Origin: an uncultured cyanobacterium
Lineage (GTDB): Bacteria; Cyanobacteriota; Cyanobacteriia; Cyanobacteriales; Cyanobacteriaceae
Direction of reading: 5' to 3'
Length of the DNA: 64,000 bases
NCBI GenBank assembly: GCA_963710605.1
Contig: CAVQBA010000006.1
Location: 608,001 to 672,000 of the forward strand
The position numbers were made by a program, and so were the translations under genes. A model generated the notes under the pieces. That model saw only the letters and a list, made by a program, of their open reading frames with translations, had not been told where the DNA came from and did no database searches. This document shows positions 9,437 through 20,942 of the stretch, in pieces; positions within the stretch are counted from its first letter, which is position 1; every line of letters starts with the position of its first letter.

Positions 9437-12007
9437 ATGAATAGAAATATAAATACTAATCCAATTAAGATTATGGCTAATCAAAGCAATACTAAAAACC
9501 AAGCTTTTTCTCAAACCAAATTTGCTCTTTATGATTATACAGGAAAAGTCAAAAATTACTATTTAGTTGACCAAAAACCACTTACTAATCCTGCTCCAAA
9601 TAAAAATCAAAAACAGATTGCTCATAGTATTATTGTTATCGATCGATCTGGCTCTATGTATTACGATCTTAAAATGCTCAAAGAATATTTATTAAAACTA
9701 CTTACTCTTGATGAATATCTTAACTCTGATTTAGTTATTACGCTTATTTCTTACTCTAGTTTAGGTAATGTTAAATGTCATTTCCAAAGAATTCCTATTA
9801 GTCAAATAATGGCACACAACTCACCTTATCAAGAAGAAATTAAAAATATTCAAGTTAGCGGTTGTACTTGTATCTCTCAATCTTTAGAGATTGCTAAAAG
9901 TTTAGTCACCGAATTTAGTGACCAAGAAAATCAGGCTGATGAGTTAACAGCTATTACATTACATACTGATGGTTTTGCTAATGATCCTAATTACATTTCA
10001 GAATGTCATAAAATAGATAAAATTGTTAAAGAATTAAATAAGTATAATGTCATTATCAATAGTATTTCTTATTCTAAAAATGGTGATTATAAACTTTTAT
10101 CTAAAATAGCTAATTCTGCTTCAGGTAAATGTATTCAAGCAGATAATGTTAAACAAATTTATGATTCTTTATATCAAACTAATAAATTACTCAATAGTCT
10201 TGTTCTTCCTCCTTTTAATGAGGAGTTAGAAACTGAGTATGATTATCAAGTTTTAGTATCGCAAACAGCCAGAAAAATTATCGGCTCAAATCAAACTTTA
10301 AACATCAGAGGTTTGAAACCGACAGACAAATCGATCGTTTATAAGTATCGTCAAATTAGTAAGCAAGAATATCAACAATTATCAAAAATTCCCGTCAAAC
10401 AAACCGACGAATCTGTCTTTGCTTTTATTAAAGCTAATTTAGCTCAAGGAAATCTTAATTTAGCCAAATACGCCCTTGTCAGTACCTTCGATGACACTTT
10501 AATCCAAAATCATCAAAAAGCTTTAACTAACAGTCAAATAATGGAGTTTACACAGGATATCGAAAAAACCATATTCAATCCCGATTTACTTAAAAATCAC
10601 CGTATTTTAGATAAAATAAAAGTTAGTAAAAAGATTAATATTTTAGAATTATTAAATATCTTAGAAGAGCATAAAAATTATCTAATTATTAACTTTAAAC
10701 ATCTACGTAAAAACTATCAACGAACAGGATTGAAAAAAGTAGAAGGAAAAAGAGACGATGAGCAAAACTTAATTCAACCTTGGTTAAAAACTGTGGAAAT
10801 CGATCGAGGTGATTATGTACCGATGGGTAAATTCAAAATTAATCATAACACTGCCACAATTAATATGCTAATTAATCGCCAAGTAAAATTAGTTAGTAGA
10901 GATAACAATAAACAGGTATCAGAAGTTGCAGGTGTTTTACTTAATGGATTAACTCGTTATAACAACTACACTTTAATCAGTGATGGCGAAGTTAATTTAC
11001 ATAGTTTGAGAATCAAAATTAGTAATCAAAAAACTTTTGAATTATTAAAAGCGAAAAAGGTATTAACTAGAGAGAATAAAATACCTCAAGAGTTTGATTT
11101 TACTTGTGAATATGATTTAAAACTAAGTGATTTACCCTTAATTAGTCAACAAAAAAATTATGGTAATCTAGACCAAACTTTTGATAAATTACTTAAGTTA
11201 CAAGTATTAAATAGTATCATCGGTGCGCATATCAAGCAAGAATCTGAGCTTTATTCTACCAAGCAATTACAAGAATTGAGAAAACATTATCTCTCTAAAG
11301 ATTTATACCTCAATTTCCCGACAACTAATGAATATCAAAACTTAGAAGAAGCGTTGAATAAAGGTACGGTAGATACCCGAGTTCGTTATAAAATTGAGTT
11401 GGGTAATACTGAGATTTTGAATTTAAGTAAATTACATTCAGCGAATAAATTTCTCGATCGTTTATATGAAGGTTATGATGTCGAAAATAAAGAATATCTG
11501 GAAAAACCAACTTTCGATTTAACTTTAGATAAACCAATTACTTTTAGTCATAAAACTCTTTCTAAACGAATTCAAATCACAGCAGTTGATGAATTGATGA
11601 AAACTATTTTTGATGATTTTTTAGGACTTACTGATAATCAAAGTGTTAGCAATATTTTACGATCGATCGATGCCTATAGTTTAATTCATTTATTAGAAGC
11701 TCGTAAAGCAGGAAAAACGATTAATAAAGAAGAATTTGTGGTGACATTAACTCAAACAAAAGAATTAATTAATAACCACATCAAACAGATTTATCACCAA
11801 GAAATTTCGCCCTTAGTTTTCTATATCGGCACAACAGGATTAATTCCCGATGAATTAGATTCTCAAGGTTTTACAGCCGAAGAAATTAGTCAGAAATTTC
11901 CGCAACTAAAAATATCTAAATCAGAAAAAGAAGGTACGTTTTTCTTAATTGGGAATACGATAATTACTATCTATCCGCAAATGGTTTATTACACAACCCA
12001 AAGTTAA
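9437..12007 (+). CDS. Large vWA (MIDAS) domain protein with uncharacterised C-terminal region; alternative start at 9473
   Basis: IIVIDRSGSM (DxSxS), SGCT and ITLHTDG motifs in the N-terminal third; 856-aa open frame. Confidence 0.85.
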   Translation: MNRNINTNPIKIMANQSNTKNQAFSQTKFALYDYTGKVKNYYLVDQKPLTNPAPNKNQKQIAHSIIVIDRSGSMYYDLKMLKEYLLKLLTLDEYLNSDLVITLISYSSLGNVKCHFQRIPISQIMAHNSPYQEEIKNIQVSGCTCISQSLEIAKSLVTEFSDQENQADELTAITLHTDGFANDPNYISECHKIDKIVKELNKYNVIINSISYSKNGDYKLLSKIANSASGKCIQADNVKQIYDSLYQTNKLLNSLVLPPFNEELETEYDYQVLVSQTARKIIGSNQTLNIRGLKPTDKSIVYKYRQISKQEYQQLSKIPVKQTDESVFAFIKANLAQGNLNLAKYALVSTFDDTLIQNHQKALTNSQIMEFTQDIEKTIFNPDLLKNHRILDKIKVSKKINILELLNILEEHKNYLIINFKHLRKNYQRTGLKKVEGKRDDEQNLIQPWLKTVEIDRGDYVPMGKFKINHNTATINMLINRQVKLVSRDNNKQVSEVAGVLLNGLTRYNNYTLISDGEVNLHSLRIKISNQKTFELLKAKKVLTRENKIPQEFDFTCEYDLKLSDLPLISQQKNYGNLDQTFDKLLKLQVLNSIIGAHIKQESELYSTKQLQELRKHYLSKDLYLNFPTTNEYQNLEEALNKGTVDTRVRYKIELGNTEILNLSKLHSANKFLDRLYEGYDVENKEYLEKPTFDLTLDKPITFSHKTLSKRIQITAVDELMKTIFDDFLGLTDNQSVSNILRSIDAYSLIHLLEARKAGKTINKEEFVVTLTQTKELINNHIKQIYHQEISPLVFYIGTTGLIPDELDSQGFTAEEISQKFPQLKISKSEKEGTFFLIGNTIITIYPQMVYYTTQS

Positions 12008-12055
12008 ATTTATTTAACGCCATTATCAATAGCCTCGTAATTTATTGCGAGGCGG
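12001..12055 (+). repeat. Two-hairpin REP-like element, copy 1
   Basis: GTTAAATTTATTTAAC, 12-nt spacer, AGCCTCGTAATTTATTGCGAGGCGG. Confidence 0.7.
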
Positions 12056-12111
12056 TTTAACGTCATATCATGAATCAATAGACTGAATTTTTTGATTACT
12101 ATTACTCATCT

Positions 12112-12423
12112 GCAAATTAATCCAATTTTGTCCATTGGTGACATTCACCCGCAAATTAATTAAATTTTGTTCATTGATGACATTCACCCGCAAATTAATC
12201 CAATTTTGTCCATTAATGACATTCACCCGCAAATTAATCCAATTTTGTTCATTAATGACATTCAGCCGCAAATTAATCCAATTTTGTTCATTAATGACAT
12301 TCAGCCGCAAATTAATTAAATTTTGTCCGTTGGTGACATTTACCCGCAAATTAATTAAATTTTGTCCATTGATGACATTCACCCGCAAATTAATCCAATT
12401 TTGTTCATTAATGACATTCAGCC
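12112..12423. repeat. Tandem array of 8 x 39-bp units (consensus GCAAATTAATCCAATTTTGTTCATTAATGACATTCACCC)
   Basis: Units start at 12112, 12151, 12190, 12229, 12268, 12307, 12346 and 12385, with no spacers. Confidence 0.95.
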
Positions 12424-12476
12424 GCCGTGAAATGAATTACACGGCTAACACAATAATCGTTCAATGAATTGAACTT
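12422..12476 (-). repeat. Two-hairpin REP-like element, copy 2 (inverted relative to copy 1)
   Basis: Reverse complement reads GTTCAATTCATTGAAC, 12-nt spacer, AGCCGTGTAATTCATTTCACGGCGG. Confidence 0.7.
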
Positions 12477-12729
12477 TAAATTTGCTTTTGTGTTTACTTG
12501 AGTAAATTAGTTAAATTATCTTTAAAATTATTAAATTCTTTTCTTAAAGGTTTAACTTTACGAAAGGCTAAATTCAAAGACGATCGAATATCCTTTTTTA
12601 TCAATACTTGTGTACCTTATCTTAATTATTTAGGTAAAATTATTTATATATTTTATAGCAAAAAACGAGTAACTTCGGATAATATCGATCCCCCTCAATC
12701 ACCTTTAATGAAGGGGAAAAGTTGAAATA

Positions 12730-13911
12730 TTATTTAATAGTTTCAAAATACTGATAAGCACTATACGCCATAGTCACGACACCAGTAACGATCGAAGATT
12801 CGTCTAATTCAAAACGAGGATGATGAAGAGGATAGTTATGTTTGTTATTGCTACCTACACCCAAACGAAACATCGTACCGGGTGCATGATCTAAATATAC
12901 CGCAAAATCTTCTGCACCCAAAGATGGTTCAAGTAAAGAAACAACTTTCTCTTCTCCTAACGCCTCTTGAGCTGATTTTTCGATAATTCGAGTCAATTCA
13001 AAATCATTTTGCACACTTGGTAAACGATGATTATATTTAATCTCACAAGTTGCCCCATAAGTATGACAAATACCTTCGACAATTTGTGTAATCCATTTAG
13101 GTAAGTTTTCTCGACATTCACGATTAAGAGAGCGTACACTACCGACCATTTTAACTCGATCGGCAATAATATTTGCCGCTGTACCGCCACTAATTTGACC
13201 AATAGTTAAAACTAAAGGATGTAATGGGTTTTGCATCCGACTAATACCTTGTTGTAAAGCTGTTACTACTTGTGCCGCAATCCAAATTGCATCAATAGCT
13301 TGGTGAGGGCGAGCGCCATGCCCTGCTTCTCCTTGAACAACAATCTCAAGCTCATCCATAGCCGAGGTTAAAGCACCATAACGAATCCCCACACTACGAG
13401 CAGGAATACTAGGAAATACATGAATACCAAACACCGCAGACACATTTTTCATCGCTCCACCATCAACCATCCATGCCGCACCTTTAGCTATTTCTTCGGC
13501 TGGCTGAAATAAAAAACGCACATTACCAGCGATCGAGTTTTTTAACTGCGATAAAACCATCGCTGTACCTAATCCTACGGTTGTATGAACATCATGACCA
13601 CAAGCGTGCATAACTCCGGGTACACGAGAAGCAAATTCTAATTGCGTGGCTTCATGAATCGGTAGTGCATCCATATCTGTTCGGATGGCTAAATTCGTAT
13701 TTGTTATACCATTTCCTTTTAACTCGCCAATCACTCCAGTAGGGCCAATTCCTTCTTCTACTGCCAAACCACATGAAGACAAGACACCTGCTACATAAGC
13801 CGCTGTTTGATGCTCTTCGCCACTTAATTCTGGATGGGCGTGGAAGTGACGACGAATTTCAATTAATCTAGGGGCTAATTCGGTGGCTAGTTCTTTAATT
13901 TGTTCGAGCAT
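12730..13911 (-). CDS. M20 family amidohydrolase (N-acyl-L-amino acid amidohydrolase-like)
   Basis: RTDMDALPI, MHACGHDVH, FQPAEE, GAEDF and LHHPRF motifs. Confidence 0.93.
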   Translation of the reverse strand: MLEQIKELATELAPRLIEIRRHFHAHPELSGEEHQTAAYVAGVLSSCGLAVEEGIGPTGVIGELKGNGITNTNLAIRTDMDALPIHEATQLEFASRVPGVMHACGHDVHTTVGLGTAMVLSQLKNSIAGNVRFLFQPAEEIAKGAAWMVDGGAMKNVSAVFGIHVFPSIPARSVGIRYGALTSAMDELEIVVQGEAGHGARPHQAIDAIWIAAQVVTALQQGISRMQNPLHPLVLTIGQISGGTAANIIADRVKMVGSVRSLNRECRENLPKWITQIVEGICHTYGATCEIKYNHRLPSVQNDFELTRIIEKSAQEALGEEKVVSLLEPSLGAEDFAVYLDHAPGTMFRLGVGSNNKHNYPLHHPRFELDESSIVTGVVTMAYSAYQYFETIK

Positions 13912-14438
13912 TATAATATTTTCTGATTTTTTTGAATGAATGATTAATCAATAATTAATGATTGCTATATCTAAAAACGATCGGACTTTTATGATAATTT
14001 GTTTTTTAACTTAGTGGTTACATTTTTTACGATTAGTTAAGCCCACATTTAGCTAAAAAGAAGCACTATTCAATTAATAATGTAAATAGTTGACAGTAAA
14101 CAGAAAATACAGAACAGTTGATTTTTTATCTCATAACACTGATTAATCTCATAACACCTAATCCCTAATCCCTAATTTATTATTTGTTGACTGTTTAATT
14201 GTTCTTTTTCCCTTTATATTGATAATTTATTGCAATAAGCACGTATACTAATCACCATAGAGAAAAATTAATGTTTACAATAATAAGGAATAGATCATTA
14301 AGATCTGTCACGAAAATTTAATTTAAGAGTAGGATGTGTTGTCTTTTAAGATCATTTTGTTCATTTTGTTCATAAATTGGTAATCATATATTGTTAAACT
14401 TAATAAAGAAAAAATAATTATAAATATATATTAAGATT

Positions 14439-15605
14439 ATGGGTCGTACAGGAGTTTTATTATTAAATTTAGGGGGACCAGAGAAAATAGAGGATGTACG
14501 TCCTTTTTTGTATAACCTCTTTTCTGATCCCGAAATTATTCGTCTTCCTTTTCCTTGGTTACAGAAGCCATTGGCTTGGTTTATTTCGACGATGAGAAGT
14601 AAAAAATCGGAAGATAATTACTCAGAAATTGGCGGTGGTTCACCTTTATTACAGATTACCGAAGCACAAGCACAAGCTTTACAAGACACGCTTTCAGCCG
14701 ATGAAACTGAAATTAAAGTATATGTAGGTATGCGTTATTGGCATCCTTTTACTGAAGAAGCGATCGAAGAAATTAAAAAAGATAACATTGACAAATTAGT
14801 TATTTTACCTTTATATCCGCAATTTTCGATTAGTACTAGTGGTTCTAGTTTTCGGGTAATCGAAGAAATGTGGCGAAAAGATTCACAACTCAAAAATATT
14901 GAATATACGATTATTCCTTCTTGGTATGATCATCCTCAATATCTCAAAGCGATGGCTAATTTGATTAAACAAGAATTAGAACAATTCGAGCATCCTGAAA
15001 AAGTACAAATCTTTTTTAGCGCTCACGGAGTACCTAAAACTTATGTTACTGATTCAGGAGATCCTTATCAAGAGGAAATAGAATCTTGTACTGAAGCGAT
15101 TATGAAAACTTTGGCTACAGATAATCCTTATGTTTTGGCTTATCAAAGTAAAGTAGGTCCTGTAGAATGGTTAAAACCTTATACTGAAGATGCTTTAGTT
15201 GAGTTAGGAAATAATAATGTCAAAGACTTGTTAGTAGTACCTATTAGCTTTGTTTCTGAGCATATTGAAACTCTACAAGAAATTGATTTAGAGTACAGAG
15301 AATTAGCTGAAGAATCTGGGATTACTAACTTTAAACGTGTTCCAGCTTTGAATACTGATCCAACTTTTATTGAGGCTTTATCTGATTTGACTACCTCAGC
15401 TTTAGAAAAAGAGCCTTTACGTTTTGATGAGGTGATTCATCCCAATAAAAACATGAAAATGTATCCTCCTGAAAAATGGGAATGGGGTTTAACTACTGCG
15501 GCTGAAGTTTGGAATGGACGTTTAGCGATGGTTGGTTTCTTTGGTTTATTGGCTGAATTAGTCAGCGGACATGGCAGACCTTTACATTTGGTTGGTTTAC
15601 TTTAA
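14439..15605 (+). CDS. hemH: Ferrochelatase with C-terminal CAB/HLIP domain
   Basis: [19 protein letters not shown] and [11 protein letters not shown] motifs; C-terminal [10 protein letters not shown]. Confidence 0.97.
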   Translation: MGRTGVLLLNLGGPEKIEDVRPFLYNLFSDPEIIRLPFPWLQKPLAWFISTMRSKKSEDNYSEIGGGSPLLQITEAQAQALQDTLSADETEIKVYVGMRYWHPFTEEAIEEIKKDNIDKLVILPLYPQFSISTSGSSFRVIEEMWRKDSQLKNIEYTIIPSWYDHPQYLKAMANLIKQELEQFEHPEKVQIFFSAHGVPKTYVTDSGDPYQEEIESCTEAIMKTLATDNPYVLAYQSKVGPVEWLKPYTEDALVELGNNNVKDLLVVPISFVSEHIETLQEIDLEYRELAEESGITNFKRVPALNTDPTFIEALSDLTTSALEKEPLRFDEVIHPNKNMKMYPPEKWEWGLTTAAEVWNGRLAMVGFFGLLAELVSGHGRPLHLVGLL

Positions 15606-15614
15606 TATATATAA

Positions 15615-15691
15615 TATAGTCGTTTTAATTTAGACTGTGACATTAATATTCTCAAGAAAAAATTGTCTCATTTTTATTTGAAATAACTATA
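15615..15691. mobile_element. Short MITE-like element with imperfect ~28-bp TIRs
   Basis: TATAGTCGTTTTAATTTAGACTGTGACA ... TGTCTCATTTTTATTTGAAATAACTATA. Confidence 0.55.
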
Positions 15692-15773
15692 TCTGCGAAT
15701 AATGAACGATCGGTGATTGCTCATTATTCTTTTTTTTAGCTCATTTTGATCGTAACGATCGCTTTTGACTACC

Positions 15774-16112
15774 TCAATCTTTTTCAACTTTTTCATAAAC
15801 TAAATTTTGAACAGGTGAGAAATCAACTTTCCAAATATCTAGTTCAAAAAATTCGCCTTGGGTGTCTAGATCAAGATAAATCATTACAGGAATTTGATCT
15901 TGATCTGAAAATTCTTTTTCAACCGCAGTTTCACCCCAAATACGTTCTTGTTTATTGTCTTTAAGAAAACGAATACTTCCCATTCCACCATCATTCATAT
16001 CTTCAACTGATAAACCGTTTTTAATCTCGAGCATAAATTTGGCTAAAAGATTTTGATTTGACTTTAATAGTGTTTGGATTAATTTTATTTCTGAAGTTTT
16101 CAGTTTTCTCAT
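15774..16112 (-). CDS. Small hypothetical protein, DUF6984-like
   Basis: MNDGGMGSIRF and ELDIWKVDFSP motifs. Confidence 0.65.
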   Translation of the reverse strand: MRKLKTSEIKLIQTLLKSNQNLLAKFMLEIKNGLSVEDMNDGGMGSIRFLKDNKQERIWGETAVEKEFSDQDQIPVMIYLDLDTQGEFFELDIWKVDFSPVQNLVYEKVEKD

Positions 16113-16194
16113 TTATTTAAAACTATTTGGGGTGAAATGTTTTGGCTAACTAAACTAACCAAAACAGTTGATTAGATAAATCAAATCGTTTGAA

Positions 16195-19100
16195 CTAAGC
16201 AAACCCTCTAAAATCTAGTTGGAATACTGCATCATTAAAATCATTATCAGATACGCCTAAATTACTAGGTAAATCTTCAAAACCAAAGATATTGTTACCT
16301 CGTGATTGTAAATGATTTGCTCCATCAGGATTAGCACCAATAAAGCTGAAATAGGCTACTTGATCTTCAAAGAATTCAGCGGCTTCGTTACCAGGATTTG
16401 CTCCTAAGAAATCTTCTACTGTATTATTACCTAAATTAGCGATAATAAAAGGTGCGTAGAATTTACCTCCAGACACGAGAACAGGCGAGAAATTTTCATT
16501 GGTGGTATTATCACTCATGTCGCCTCCTGTACGAATGGCAAAATTATCAACACGTCTAGAAATAGCTGATGAAGCATAACCTGGATCAGTAGGAAGTAAA
16601 TCAGCCCTACCATCACCATTAAGATCAATTCCACCACTACTATCGGTTACTTCATATAAACCAACAAAATTGTCAAATGAAGCATCAGATTCGGTGGCAG
16701 GATTATTGTTAAGATTGACATTAACCTGATTAGTGCCGGTAATATCGTAAACTAAGAAATCGGTTAAACCTGTCTCATCAGCATTAAATGATATAGTGGT
16801 GGTATTAATTACGCTATTGGAAACAGTTGCTAATCCTTGATAATTATTCGCATTTCCTGAACCAATTGCTCCAAGACTAGATGCCATTCCTGTGAGTAGA
16901 TCGATCGAATATAAGGTGGAATTAGATATCGCAAAAGCCGAATTAGAACCTTCACCAGAGGAAATAATATCGAAACCTCCCAATAGATCAAAATCGATTC
17001 CTAATTCTCCGATCGTCATCAATGTACCGTCATTAGGTGGATTTTGTAAAACTAAGATATCAAGTTCAGCATCGATGTCATATAGTTCAGTTGAAGTAGG
17101 GTTAGCGATCGCATTAGTATAAGCGGCGGCGGTAACGGTTGGGTCAGCACCAGAGTTAATATCTCCTTGGGCGTACGCCAGATCGCCATCAACGGTAACT
17201 TCACCTGTATCAACATTAATACGGAAGTCTTGCTCATTATCACCAACTAAACGTAAACGATCGGCGACAGGATTAAAGTCAAAACCAGATACTGTGGTAG
17301 CATTAAACGACTCATTTAGAGTACTGATTAAAGTTGCCATCCCAGTATTAGGATCAATAGTGTAAATTTTATCGGCATCTGTAATTCCGTAAACCAAACC
17401 ATTAGCAGGGCGAGTATCAATCCCTATCAATATTTCTGAATCACCTAAATTTTGAATATTAATTTGGCGAACGGCTTGAGGATTACGAGGATCAAAAGAA
17501 TCTAGAGTATTGTTACTAGAAAGAGCTAGAAAACGAGAATTTGTGGCAATGGAGTTAACCAAACTTGAACGATCGACAGTGGCTAATCCTTGTATATTAA
17601 AGTTATCTGTATCTGAACCAATTGAACCGATGTTTGTTGCTCTTCCCGTGTTTAAATCAACGCTATAAAGAATCGAGTTAGCAACAGCAAAAGCGGCATT
17701 TTGCTCTTCATCGTCAGAGGAAATAATGTCAAAACCTGCGAGGGTATCTACATCAATACCAAGAGAGCCGATCGTCATTAATGTGCCATCATTAGGTGGG
17801 TTTTGTAAAACTAAAACATCAAGATCAGCATCAATATCGTAGAGTTGAGTCGAAGTCGGGTTAGCGATCGCATTTGTATAAGCCGCCGCTGTAACTGTGG
17901 GATCAACTCCTTCATTTACATCTCCTACAGCAAAAGCCAAATCTCCATCGACAGTTACTTCACCTGTCTCCACATTAATACGGAAATCTTGGTTATTACC
18001 ACCAACTAGACGTAAACGATCGGCAACGGGGTTAAAGTCAAAACCTGAAATCGAAGCATCTGTAAACGGGATGTTCAGTGTACTAACTTTTCTGGCGATT
18101 CCTGTATTCGCATTGATGGTATAAATAGTATTATTCGTGGTGATACCGTAAATTAAACCATTAGATGGACGAGTATCAATACCAAGAAGCGAACCATCAA
18201 GACCGACAATATCCATAGTGGTGGATTGAGCTGAGTTACTCGCAGAGAAAGAAACAAGTTGATTACCGTTACTTAATCCGATAAATTGAGAATTTACAGC
18301 TACAGGAGGGACAGTTGGAGGACTATCGAGAGCGGCTAATCCTTGTAACGTAAAATCATCTGTATCTGAACCGATTTGACCTAAACTTGTTGCTGTACCT
18401 GTACTCAAATCAATATTGTATAAAGTAGAGTTAGCCACAGCAAAGGCTGTATTGATTTGTTGATCTTCAGAGGAGACAATATCAAAACCGGCGAGGGTAT
18501 CTACATCAATACCTAAAGCACCGATCGTCATTAATGTACCATCATTAGGAGGATTTTGTAACACTAAAATATCAAGATCAGCATCGATGTCATATAGTTC
18601 AGTCGAAGTAGGGTTAGCGATCGCATTAGTATAAGCGGCGGCAGTAACATTAGGATTAGCACCAAAGTTAATATCTCCTTGGGCGTACGCTAAATCTCCA
18701 TCAACCGTCACTTCACCTGTATCTACATTGATACGGAAATCTTGATCATTACCACCAACTAGACGTAAACGATCGGCGACAGGATTAAAGTCAAAACCAG
18801 AGATATTTGTAGCTAAAAAGGGTGTATTAAGTGTACTCACAAAAGTTGCTACATCATCAGAGGTTGTCAAATTACGAATAATTGGACCATTTGCTCCTGC
18901 TACCCCATTATGAATATGAATTGGACTTTGAGGATTACCTTCACTATCAGTGTCACCGACAAATAAAAGCGGGCTAGTCAGCTCACTAAAACCACCTGTA
19001 ACTGTTAAATTGTTATTGCTGGTATCATAAACTAGATTAAAAGAGCCATTAGCAGGTGTATCTGGTGGTGTAGTTTCACCTACTTCTTGGGATTCTTCGA

Positions 19101-19882
19101 TCGCTAAGCCATAAACAACGACATCGTTTTCTACTTCAACATTAACTTGCCCTCGTAATTCTCCGCCGTTAAAATTTTGTGTATGTAAATTAACGTAAAG
19201 TGCATCATCTAAAAGTAAAGTTTCTTCTTCATCTGTCAGAACAAAATCACCGGCAAAACTACTAGAGTCTTCAAAAACGGTTAAGTTACGAACAATCGGA
19301 CCATTTGCTCCTGCTACCCCATTATGAATATGAATTGGACTTTGAGGATTACCTTCCGCATCTAAGTCTGGACCTACGGAAAAAAGCGAACTGGTTAGTT
19401 GGCTATAGCTTCCATTAATAATTAAGCGATTAGTTGTATCGTCATAAACTACATCAAAAGAAGCTGTTGCGGCAGTATCTGGAGGAATAACATCTCCTAC
19501 TTGTTGAGATTCTTCCATGACAAGGTCAGAAACTACTAAATCGTTTTCAACCTCAACATTAACTTGCCCTCGTAATTCTCCACCATTAAAATTTTGTGTA
19601 TGTAAATTGACGTAAAGTGCATTACTAAGTAATTCAGATTCTTCATCATCTGTGAGGGTAAAATTACCATTAAAATCACCTGAACTAAATCCATCTAGAT
19701 CGAGGGTGTAAATTTCGTTGTTGGTGGTGATACTATAAACCAAATCATTAGCAGGACGAGTATCAATACCTAATAACGTACCGTTAATACCTGTAACAGG
19801 AATTGAATTGATTCTGAGTTGAATCACTTGAATCAAATGAAATAAGACGATTGTCATCTGTAAGTGCAATAAAAAGTGTCAT
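16195..19882 (-). CDS. Large acidic protein with 3x DUF4394, CHRD insert and C-terminal DUF4114; probable true start ATG 19882 with a 1-nt frameshift near 19812
   Basis: Three GFDFNPVADRLRLV / AAAYTN / LQNPPNDGTL repeats; IHIH..GANGP and LYVNLHT..GELRGQ CHRD motifs; FGFEDL..DNDFND DUF4114 end. ATG 19882 gives MTLFIALTDDNRLISFD, matching the starts of the other DUF4394 repeats. Confidence 0.85.
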
Positions 19883-19972
19883 ATGTAGTTATTTTTATGT
19901 TTTATTTGATGATTATTGTTTCTAATGATCAGCGAAAGTATCGATACTTAAGTAGCACAATAGTACATAATA

Positions 19973-20002
19973 TCGTTTAGTTTAGATTAAGGTTTGGTTA
20001 AT
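19973..20002 (-). promoter_or_regulatory. Putative SphR/PhoB pho box (three 8-mers at 11-bp period)
   Basis: Minus strand ATTAACCA-aac-CTTAATCT-aaa-CTAAACGA versus consensus PyTTAAPyPy(T/A), about 90 nt upstream of ATG 19882. Confidence 0.55.
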
Positions 20003-20942
20003 ATTTAACTTCTGTCTAATTTACAACTAATCATCTAACTTTGCTTTATCAAGACCAAAGATGTGTGAAACAATTGAGTTTAGAAAAAAATTTAATTAAG
20101 ATTATTGAAATTTTTAAGTTTCATCTAAATTTTATCTCTCATAATTATATCACCAACATTAAATTTTTTTTAAATAATCAAGATGTTCTTTTTCATTTAT
20201 TAAAGAGAAAATAAATATCAAATCATCAATAAAAAACCTTGAGTTGAACGATAATAGCAATTATTAATTGTCTAAACATTTTTGATAAATAGTCTTTACA
20301 CTGGCGATAAAAATTAAAGGTCAAATCATTATAAGCTAGTTATAACAATCAACTATGACCGTATAAACATAATTAATACCAATTGTATAAAGTATTAATC
20401 TTGAAACATGATCGAAACTAAGATAAATATATTTTTTCTAAATAAAATTATTAAATATAATTAAAAAGGTAAGAATAAAAGTACTATAAATAAAAATTTA
20501 GTTAGTATATAATATTTTACATATTTAAATTTTTCTAAGAATATAGACTAATTATAATTTTTTTTAGTTTACATAATGTAAGTTTGATTTTGAATGATGA
20601 TAATTTTAAAACTATTTTCATTACTTACTTAATCTATAAAATTTAATATTTTTTTTGCTGAATAAAAGTAAGCTAAATATTTGTTTTAACGATCGTGTTA
20701 TGAATCAATTTTGATAATGTAGTCATAAAATAAACATTCTTTTAAACAAATTCTTTTTGATCTTAAAAACTTTAATTGAAAACTAGTAGATTTTTTTATA
20801 CTCTCTCTGTTTTCAGTTGTTCTGGTACGTTAATGACATAGACTATAAAGATAAAATAGCAAATATATTATATTTTGTTTTGATTTCGGTTTCTTTTTGT
20901 CGGTGTTGATTTTAGGCAATTAACTAAGTATTTTCACTAATT

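Noticed and set aside
12112-12423. CRISPR array
   Set aside because: The units abut with no unique spacers, and no cas genes or leader are present in the window.
12068-12467. ORFs 12068..12388 (-) and 12135..12467 (+) as repeat proteins
   Set aside because: They are open only because the unit is 39 bp (13 codons); they have non-ATG starts inside the array and no SD.
9437-12476. Diversity-generating retroelement target (vWA gene plus nearby repeats)
   Set aside because: No reverse transcriptase is present, and I saw no template/variable repeat pair differing at adenines.
20010-20940. Long, very AT-rich intergenic stretch as a hidden gene or ncRNA
   Set aside because: I found no convincing ORF, repeat or stable structure by eye.
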